DNA of 64,000 bases, taken from assembly GCA_001004885.1 (NCBI GenBank), contig LCRX01000001.1, positions 9,849-73,848 on the forward strand, in the 5' to 3' direction. This DNA comes from Candidatus Magasanikbacteria bacterium GW2011_GWA2_56_11. GTDB taxonomy: Bacteria; Patescibacteriota; Patescibacteriia; Magasanikbacterales; UBA922. A program made the position numbers and the translations under genes. Below, piece by piece: positions 48,323 through 55,423 of the stretch (position 1 is the first letter of the stretch; every line of letters starts with the position of its first letter). Under the pieces are notes generated by a model. It saw nothing but the letters and a program-made list of their open reading frames with translations. It did no database searches and was not told where the DNA came from.

Positions 48323-48910
48323 ATGAAAATGACGTCCGCAGTTATTGAGATAATAACGCTTATTATCGTAATTTTAGGCTTACTTTTTTTTGATTTTGCC
48401 ACAAGCAATTACGTTGTCCTCATTTCAATTCTAGTTGTCGGTTCTCGACTGGGATGGCTCTTTTACAAAAGAGAATTAACCCTGAAAGCAAATATCCAGA
48501 AAGAAGGCAGAATTTTTTCCGGGTGGATGAGGTATGGGACAATACTGTTGCTAGCGTTCGGTTTGTTGTTTGTATTCCAAGATGACATTAAAGGTTTGCC
48601 TATCTGGCTTACCGACCAAGAGCCTGTTTGGTTTACCTTTTTTCATGTGGGGGCACAGGAGGCAATTTTTAGGGTTTACCTTTTAAGCAGACTACAGACA
48701 ATACTTGATAGCCGAGCTGTTATTGCGGTTCTAGGCGGTCTTTTGTTCGGAGTTGTCCATTTCATTTTACCCGGTGCTTTGATAGTCGTGGCCTTCACCT
48801 CCATCTTGGGTACCGCCTGGTGTTACGTTTATCAACGGTATCCTAATTTCATCCTTGTCTGGCTTTCTCACACTTTGTTAAATTTCGCAATTAAGAGTTT
48901 GGTACAGTAG
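48323..48910 (+). CDS. CPBP family intramembrane metalloprotease (CAAX protease/Abi-like); ~40% GC
   Basis: motifs QEAIFR (EExxxR-like), FGVVHF (FxxxH), SHTLLNF (HxxxN) in a polytopic membrane protein. Confidence 0.6.
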   Translation: MKMTSAVIEIITLIIVILGLLFFDFATSNYVVLISILVVGSRLGWLFYKRELTLKANIQKEGRIFSGWMRYGTILLLAFGLLFVFQDDIKGLPIWLTDQEPVWFTFFHVGAQEAIFRVYLLSRLQTILDSRAVIAVLGGLLFGVVHFILPGALIVVAFTSILGTAWCYVYQRYPNFILVWLSHTLLNFAIKSLVQ

Positions 48911-48973
48911 GTCAACCATTTTAGTATATAACGGACCAAGTGTTACCTGACTCGTAGGGGTGACACTAAGGCA

Positions 48974-49061
48974 GTCCTAACTTCATACACCAAACGGCTC
49001 GGGTTAAAAGATGGCTCATTTAACCATCTTTTTTCGTACCCTTTGGCCGGGTTTGAACTGC
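48974..49061. repeat. Intergenic repeat family copy A (GTCCTAAC...CCAAACGGCTCGGGTTAAAAGATGG..CCATCTTTTTT..CGTACCCTTTGGCCGGGTTTGAACTGC)
   Basis: shares ~88 bp with copies at 50056 and 51839 including terminator-like hairpin. Confidence 0.8.
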
Positions 49062-49104
49062 AGTAGATCATCTGTTATTATAAACCCAGCCATAAATTTA
49101 GCGT

Positions 49105-49575
49105 ATGAATAAGATTATAGTTATAAGAGGGCCACTAGGTGTGGGTAAAACGACTGTTTCAAAGCTGTTAGCTAAAAAGCTTGGAGCAGAGTATCTGTCG
49201 GTTGATAAAATTCTTAGTGATAACAATTTAGATAAGGACGACGATATCTCAGTTGAAAATTTTTTGAAAGCCAATGAAATAATTACTGGAATTTCCGATG
49301 GAAATAGAGGACCGTATGTTATTGACGGGAATTTTTACTACCAGAAACAAATTGACGATCTAAAAAATAGATTTAAAGATGGAGTGGCTATCTTTACTAT
49401 TACAAGTACTGTAGAGAAATGTATTAAGCGAGACGCACAAAGGGAAAAAGTATATGGCGAAGATTCTGTGAGGTATGTATACATGGTGGTGTCTAAAGTT
49501 AAGGCGGGTATTGAAATAGATAATACTGACCTAACAATAGAGGAGACTATTCAAACAATAATAGACAACTTGTAG
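49105..49575 (+). CDS. P-loop NTPase/kinase-like protein (156 aa); low GC
   Basis: Walker A GPLGVGKTT; size and layout like small nucleoside/shikimate-kinase-type or zeta-toxin-like AAA proteins. Confidence 0.55.
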   Translation: MNKIIVIRGPLGVGKTTVSKLLAKKLGAEYLSVDKILSDNNLDKDDDISVENFLKANEIITGISDGNRGPYVIDGNFYYQKQIDDLKNRFKDGVAIFTITSTVEKCIKRDAQREKVYGEDSVRYVYMVVSKVKAGIEIDNTDLTIEETIQTIIDNL

Positions 49576-49588
49576 CCCAAAGTAGTAT

Positions 49589-50056
49589 ATGGACGAAATC
49601 CATTTTTCAAAACTGACCGATGTGGGTGGAATTGAAGTACTACGCGGCAGATCTGGCCGGTATAATGACTTTGTGTACACGTATGAGAGACCTACGCTCG
49701 ATTTGCTGAAGAAAAATTTTTTTCTTCGGGATAGCCTTTATTTGGTAGCGGATAATGGAACCGTGTTTGTCGCCTTTTGTTCAATAGATAGGGACTGGTG
49801 GGAGAATAATTTTTTTATGATACGAGAAATTATCGTGGACCAAAATTTCCAAAAGCAGGGCATTGGGGAGACAATAATGCGGATGTGCATAGAGCATGCA
49901 CAAAGCAAGGGGGCAGCGGGGGTGGTGACAGAAACGGCCTTTGAAAATATACCAATGCAAAAATTGTGCATTAAGTTAGGTTTTAAAGTTTGGGATAATC
50001 CACAGTGGAAAGAGGGGGTAACCTATAAGTTACTATTCCAGGAGAGGCACAATTAG
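49589..50056 (+). CDS. GNAT family N-acetyltransferase (155 aa); low GC
   Basis: IVDQNFQKQGIGETIM... (Q/R-x-x-G-x-G/A acetyl-CoA motif). Confidence 0.7.
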   Translation: MDEIHFSKLTDVGGIEVLRGRSGRYNDFVYTYERPTLDLLKKNFFLRDSLYLVADNGTVFVAFCSIDRDWWENNFFMIREIIVDQNFQKQGIGETIMRMCIEHAQSKGAAGVVTETAFENIPMQKLCIKLGFKVWDNPQWKEGVTYKLLFQERHN

Positions 50057-50213
50057 TCCTAACGTGCTCCACCAAACGGCTCGGGTAAAAAGATGGCTTA
50101 AATGAGCCATCTTTTTACGTACCCTTTGGCCGGGTTTGAACTGCTTTTACGATTGGTGTGTGTTTTAATTTATAGATTAAGCTTAAATAAGCATTTTTAT
50201 CGCCCTACGAAAG
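50056..50213. repeat. Intergenic repeat family copy B (long form, carries TTGACA-N17-TAGGTT promoter-like motif at 50232-50260 just downstream)
   Basis: ~158 bp alignable with copy C; hairpin AAAGATGGCTTAAATGAGCCATCTTT + T5. Confidence 0.8.
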
Positions 50214-50307
50214 CGCCGATCGAACGGTTGACAAGCCCAACTTTATCCTGTAGGTTATACTATTCCTACCCGCAGGCAGGAATGGCAACCACAGGAGGAA
50301 ATCGTTC

Positions 50308-51235
50308 ATGAGAGTTTACGTTCTGAACACCGGCGGAACACTGGGCATGGTCGGAGATCCGCTCCGTCCGGCCAAGTCGGCGGCCGAGCTCCTCGAGGGG
50401 GTCAAGGTCCCCCCGGGCACCGAGCTCACGCTCGTTGACTTCAGGCTCCGCCAGGACTCGACCAACGTCATGCACCAGGACCGCGTGGCGATGGGCCGGG
50501 AGATTGAGACGGCCTATGAGGAGCACGACGCGTTCGTGGTTCTCCATGGCACCGACTCGCTCGCCGAGACGTGTGCCTTCCTGGCGATGTTGTTCAAGCA
50601 GTCGCTCCAGAAGCCGCTCTTCGTCATCGGCGCGCAGATGACGAAGGACGAGCCCGGTTCGGACGTGCGACTTCAACGCCTTCCACACGCCTGGACGCCA
50701 CCCTGTGGCCCAAGCCTGGCCGCACGTCATGATCAAGCCGGGCGTGCGCAAGAGGGACGGCGTCCTCGATGTGCAGGGGCTGCGCCTCGACACGGAGTTC
50801 GAGCAGCACGTCGCCTCGGTCGTGGTCTCGGCCGACACGCCGCCCTATGTCCTCATGGACATGGTCAGGGCTGGGCGCATCAAGGGCGTCATCCTTGAGT
50901 GCAAGGGCGCTGGGAATATCCCGGACCGGCCCTGGCAGATCGGCGAGGAGAGCTACTCGTGGATCGACGCCATCCAGGCGGCGACCGCAGCCGGCATCGT
51001 GGTCGGCATCGTCTCCCCGTTCGAGGACGGCCGTGTCATCCTCGACCGCTACGAGCTCGGCGCCAAGGCCAAGGCGGCTGGCGCGATCGGGCTTGCGAGC
51101 CTGACGCCGGCCATGGCTGACGTGAAGCTCCGCCAGGCGATCGCCATGCACCGAGGCCACCCCGACCGCATTCAGCGCTTCATCGAGACGAACCTCGTCG
51201 GCGAGCTCCTCGACGGCTACGAGGACGCGGCCTAG
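50308..51235 (+). pseudogene. Type I L-asparaginase/glutaminase family gene, apparently frameshifted near 50665-50680; ~70% GC
   Basis: N-terminal VLNTGGTLGM and VLHGTDSLAETCAF motifs in frame 1; C-terminal GVILECKGAGNIP domain in another frame (ORF 50705-51235). Confidence 0.55.
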
Positions 51236-51520
51236 GCCGACGACACCGTTCGGAACGAAACTCCACTCCGGCGAGGGCAACCGGCTAACCCTCATCCCAC
51301 TATCTTTTGTAGACAATTTAGAGAAGATTGAGGAACAAAAATCTCCGACACGCGCGGGGATTTTTGTTATAGCTGTTTGAGAGGTGTTTGTTTTAGCCGT
51401 TATTTATCAATTTACTTCAATAAATCAGAAGTCACAATGTATTCTAACCACCACCCAGCACCTTGACAAAACCTCAGTTATATGCTAGCTTGGGTACATC
51501 ACCCCGATAAGGAGTTGGAC

Positions 51521-51715
51521 ATGAAGAAATGGATATGCCGCCTCGCGGCGGCTGTGTTCACGGGCGCGTGCGCCGCGCCCATCCTGAGCGGTGTCGCCGC
51601 GGGCGAGGGTACTTGCTCCGGCAAGATCGCCTTCGTGGCTTTCTACGTCCTCACGTGCGTGCTTTCCGCCGCTACCCTCGCGAGTGCGGCGAATCAGGCA
51701 CTCACCAAGGCGTGA
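51521..51715 (+). CDS. Small (64 aa) Cys-containing secreted/membrane peptide; high GC
   Basis: AAGGAG RBS before ATG 51521; MKKWICRLAAAVFTGACAAPILSGVAAGEGTCSGKIAFVAFYVLTCVLSAATLASAANQALTKA: signal-like N-terminus plus second hydrophobic helix. Confidence 0.4.
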   Translation: MKKWICRLAAAVFTGACAAPILSGVAAGEGTCSGKIAFVAFYVLTCVLSAATLASAANQALTKA

Positions 51716-51799
51716 AGCGGTGCGGCGAGCGGGGGCGTGTCTCTGGAGAGCGCCCCCGAAACCTTCTTTTGTTAGTCATCTTGGCTGGAAGAAGAAGCA

Positions 51800-51830
51800 A
51801 CAAAAGCACCCGGACAGGTGCTTTTGTTTA
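51800..51830 (+). terminator. Hairpin AAAAGCACC-CGGACA-GGTGCTTTTGTT
   Basis: perfect 9-bp IR with T-run after the small peptide gene. Confidence 0.7.
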
Positions 51831-51838
51831 TCGTTGAA

Positions 51839-51996
51839 GTCCTAACGTCCCGCGCCAAACGGCTCGGGTTAAGAGATGGCTAAGATAGCCATCTCTTTTT
51901 GTATCCTTTAGCCGGGTTTGAACTGCTTTTACAATTGGTGGATAGCTTGTAATTTTCAGATTAAGCCTAAATAAGCATTTTATCGCCTTACAAAAG
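51839..51996. repeat. Intergenic repeat family copy C (long form; followed by TTGACA at 51999)
   Basis: hairpin AGAGATGGCTA-AGA-TAGCCATCTCT + T5 with compensatory changes relative to copies A/B. Confidence 0.8.
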
Positions 51997-52118
51997 TTGA
52001 CAAAATCATTTTTTTTCTGATAGGTTAGGTGAACTTGCACGGACAAGGACGGTTGCACTCAGGATGGCGGGATGGGCCCGTTAATCTTTGTGGAACCTCG
52101 AAGGAGCGTGAGTTTATG

Positions 52119-53447
52119 GGAAAAAGGAGAGTTCGAGGGGCGGTCGAAAGTGACCGTCAGTTCGTCTCTGACCTGATGGAAGGTGCGCTGAGCCCGTACT
52201 ACGACGGGAACCACCGTGCGCACGCCAACCGGATCTTCACCACCCACATCAACGGGGGTGAGGATCACAGGGGACACTTCTCCTCCGAGCAGAAGATGTT
52301 CATCCTGGAGGAAGACGAGCGTCCCATCGGCATGATCAACATCGTGCGCAAGAAGCAGGGCACGTGGAAGATCAGCCCCCTCATCATCGACCCGAGCCGC
52401 CGGGGCACGGGTGGGTGCGGTACCGAACTCCTCACCTACGCGGAGAACTACGCGAAGGAGCGGGGTGTGCGGCAGATGTACTGCACCGTGGCGCAGCAGA
52501 ACCACGCCGCGTTCGGCTTTTTCCGGAAGAAGGGCTACATCTGCGCGGGTCAGGCTTCGAGCCACTACAAGCCCGGCATCACCGAGCGGATGATGTACAA
52601 GATCTTCTTCACGCCCGAGGAGGTGGAACACTTCGATCGCGTCTCCATCTCGGTGCTCCCCATGACGGACGAGCACAAGCCGGAGGTGGAAGCGCTCATC
52701 ATCGAGAAGTTGTCGCATCACTTCAACGGCGTCGACGCGAGCTGGGTGCAGGCCCTGTTCGACGGTTACGACCGTCGCAACTCCGGCGAGGTCAATGATA
52801 AGTACAAGCTGATCTACGTCGCGACCGATCGGTCGGGCAAGGTCATCGGTGTCGCTGGCGCCACGCCGAAGAAGGGTGAGCCGATCAAGATCATGCCATG
52901 CGTGGCCTACACGGCACAGGCCTTCGCTGCGCTGATCGCGGACATCCCTCAGCACTTGCGGGAGTACGGACGGAAGCTCTACATCCACCTCGTGCCGAGC
53001 GTGGAGGAGACCATCATGCTCCAGCGTCTGGGCTGGTCCATCGAGGCCATCATGCCCGCCGCCTACAACGACAACTACTGCACCCAACAGTGGGGCATCG
53101 ATCTGGGGAGTACCTACATGAGGACCATGCGCGTGAAGGCGAACTTCCATCGCCTGATCATGTCCGGCGTCAAGCCCCTCGAGGTGCGGGTCGGCTACGG
53201 CAACATCAAGTCGATCCGGGTCGGTGAGAAGATCCGCCTGATGAGCCGTTCGCTCGACGGCGTGATCAGGGTGCTCGGCGTGCGCCGCTACGACACCTTC
53301 GCGGAGATGCTCAAGCACGAGGATGGTGGCAAGATCGTCCCGGGCATGGATGACCGGCAGGTGCTTCAGCTCCTGCAGGACATCTACCCGCCGCACAAGG
53401 AGCGTCTCGGTGTCTACGTCATCGAGGTCGATCCCGTCAAGAACTGA
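52119..53447 (+). CDS. GNAT acetyltransferase (possibly tandem GNAT) fused to C-terminal ASCH/PUA-like domain (442 aa); ~68% GC
   Basis: GAAGGAG RBS before ATG 52119; RRGTGGCGTELLTYAENYAKERGV acetyl-CoA motif; C-terminal MRVKANFHRLIMSGVKPLEVRVGYGNIKSIRVGEKIRLM resembles ASCH. Confidence 0.5.
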   Translation, partial: GKRRVRGAVESDRQFVSDLMEGALSPYYDGNHRAHANRIFTTHINGGEDHRGHFSSEQKMFILEEDERPIGMINIVRKKQGTWKISPLIIDPSRRGTGGCGTELLTYAENYAKERGVRQMYCTVAQQNHAAFGFFRKKGYICAGQASSHYKPGITERMMYKIFFTPEEVEHFDRVSISVLPMTDEHKPEVEALIIEKLSHHFNGVDASWVQALFDGYDRRNSGEVNDKYKLIYVATDRSGKVIGVAGATPKKGEPIKIMPCVAYTAQAFAALIADIPQHLREYGRKLYIHLVPSVEETIMLQRLGWSIEAIMPAAYNDNYCTQQWGIDLGSTYMRTMRVKANFHRLIMSGVKPLEVRVGYGNIKSIRVGEKIRLMSRSLDGVIRVLGVRRYDTFAEMLKHEDGGKIVPGMDDRQVLQLLQDIYPPHKERLGVYVIEVDPVKN

Positions 53448-53562
53448 TCCAACAGCAAGGAGGTGAGGAGGGGCGGGAGCAGCAGTGTTCCCGTACCCGT
53501 CTGAGTTCATATTGCATATAGCAGAACAATGTGAGTTGAGACGGTAAAATTTAACAATCAAT

Positions 53563-53886
53563 ATGAAAAGAGCTTTTAATGTACAAGAACCATATTTTAG
53601 TTCTATTAAAGAAGGAAAAAAAACTGTAGAGGGAAGATTGAACAAAGGAAAATTTGCTGATATGCAGCTGGGGGATACAGCTGTGATAAATGATGTTGTT
53701 GAGGTAGAAATTGTACGCACTAGAACATATGATTCTTTTCGAGATATGATTCAAAATGAAGGTATCGAGAAAGTCATCCCCGGTGCTCATTCTTTGGAAG
53801 ATGCGATAAATGTTTACTATAAATTTTATACAAGAGAGCAAGAAAAAAAATATGGGGTACGCGCGATAGAAATAAAATTGATTTGA
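53563..53886 (+). CDS. Stand-alone ASCH domain protein (107 aa); ~33% GC
   Basis: EPYFSSIKEGKKTVEGRLNKGKFADMQLGD matches ASCH (YqfB-like) N-terminal motif. Confidence 0.6.
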   Translation: MKRAFNVQEPYFSSIKEGKKTVEGRLNKGKFADMQLGDTAVINDVVEVEIVRTRTYDSFRDMIQNEGIEKVIPGAHSLEDAINVYYKFYTREQEKKYGVRAIEIKLI

Positions 53887-53939
53887 TTAAAAGATTAGTC
53901 TATTTTGTACATTACATTCAATATTTTTTTACAGTAGTG

Positions 53940-54300
53940 CATATTTTGCACATACTGTGGATGATGGAAAGAGATACCAAACTAAGTACTATAACCTCGA
54001 TGCCGTTATTTCGGTTGGTTACAGGGTAAACTCATCGCGAGCTACCAAATTTCGTATTTGGGCCACAAAAACACTTCGCGAGTACCTTGTTAAAGGCTAT
54101 GTTCTAAATAAGAAAACCATCCTTAAAAACTACAATCAGTTTATAAAAAAACGTTACATCTATACAAGCTCTTTTGCCAACACATGTTACTCTTGATCCT
54201 AAAATGGTTTTGGAGCTCGTAAAAGAATACGCAAGTACCTGGACCAAGCTCGATGCCTATGATCGAGATAATCTAAATTGGTACTTAACGGCGGATGTTT
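53940..54300 (+). pseudogene. Remnant of a RhuM-family (virulence protein RhuM-like) gene lacking N- and C-termini and changing frame
   Basis: 79-aa ORF contains KYYNLDAVISVGYRVNSSRATKFRIWATKTLREYLVKGYVLN, the conserved core of RhuM-family proteins (normally ~330 aa); downstream ...LDPKMVLELVKEYASTWTKLDAYDRDNLNWYL in another frame. Confidence 0.55.
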
Positions 54301-54369
54301 GAATCAGAACAGTAATTTTGCTATGCTTCAACCGTTGGATTTTTCTCCCTAATATTTTTATCTAGTGGT

Positions 54370-55242
54370 ATGGGTACCGAGAATAGAGACCAAGCTCCAG
54401 TATGCAGCCAATGTGGCGCGCCAAGTTATGCCGGCTGCCCGCACTCCACTCGCGAATCAGTGGCTGCCTCTTCGTCGGAAGTGGCCGAGCCTTCACCCGA
54501 AGAAGTGGTCGCTTTCAGCGAGGTTATCGGCCGCTTAGATCCTGAGGTGACCAGGCGTATAAGGGAAGATGGCTTCGATGTCGATGGAGACGCACCCGGA
54601 ATTGTGCGTCTCATGAAAGAGGGCATAGACGGATCAATACGCTTGGCCCGGGAAGCGGGCTACGCTATTGATACTTCGGCGGAACCGATGAAAGGACAGA
54701 CAAAAACTGTTTATTTGTTACCCGACCATAGGGTGCTGAAGCTGCAGCCATTAAAAGATTATCTCAACGAAGCGGCACTGGGAGAGGACGAAGTCTCATT
54801 TTATGATGCCGTCGAGAAAGCGCTCGGTGTTGACGTCCGGAAGATGGTCGCCGAGACCCGGCCAGCCGGCCAGGGAGTTCCGGGCGCGACCCAGGAGTTC
54901 GTGTTCAAGACAGCAAAAGCTATCGATTTAGCCAAAGCGCAGGGAAATTTAGCGTTAGCAGACAAACTTCTCGACGCCCACCGCTCCAATCCGTTGGCAA
55001 AAAATTATGTCTTTGAACAGAAAACAAGAAACACGGGCCTCGTGCGGCGTGAAGACGGAAAAATTTACGTAGTCGCTGCTGACACTTCAGGCGGTTTGCA
55101 TATTGAAAATGTTGAAGGCGGGTGGGGGACCCTACAGCATGACGTCGGCGGAATCGTTTCTATTGACCCGGCCGAACTTGAGTCTGTACCCGACTTAAAG
55201 GAGTGGTTAGGAACCGCTGCCGCTTCATCCGTACAGCGATAA
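54370..55242 (+). CDS. Hypothetical protein with N-terminal CxxC...C motif (290 aa)
   Basis: CSQCGAPSYAGC near N-terminus; no family recognised. Confidence 0.4.
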   Translation: MGTENRDQAPVCSQCGAPSYAGCPHSTRESVAASSSEVAEPSPEEVVAFSEVIGRLDPEVTRRIREDGFDVDGDAPGIVRLMKEGIDGSIRLAREAGYAIDTSAEPMKGQTKTVYLLPDHRVLKLQPLKDYLNEAALGEDEVSFYDAVEKALGVDVRKMVAETRPAGQGVPGATQEFVFKTAKAIDLAKAQGNLALADKLLDAHRSNPLAKNYVFEQKTRNTGLVRREDGKIYVVAADTSGGLHIENVEGGWGTLQHDVGGIVSIDPAELESVPDLKEWLGTAAASSVQR

Positions 55243-55423
55243 CGATTAATTGAAATTTGCGCGTATAGATTGCAAAAATGTGGAAAAAATTATTGTGCTG
55301 TGTGCAAAGATAAATTTCCTTTGGTTCCGGCAGATCCGGCCGAAATACCTCTCCCGGCCAATGGAATTCGGCCATAAACAAGCTTAATCGGCAGGAGCAT
55401 CCGTAATTGGCTTTACTTTTTTT

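Noticed and set aside
48974-51996. Considered whether the three-copy repeat represents integron attC sites
   Set aside because: The starts (GTCCTAAC) only loosely resemble the inverse core RYYYAAC. No GTTRRRY core at the 3' ends and no intI gene are visible, so the repeat is reported as an uncharacterised family instead.
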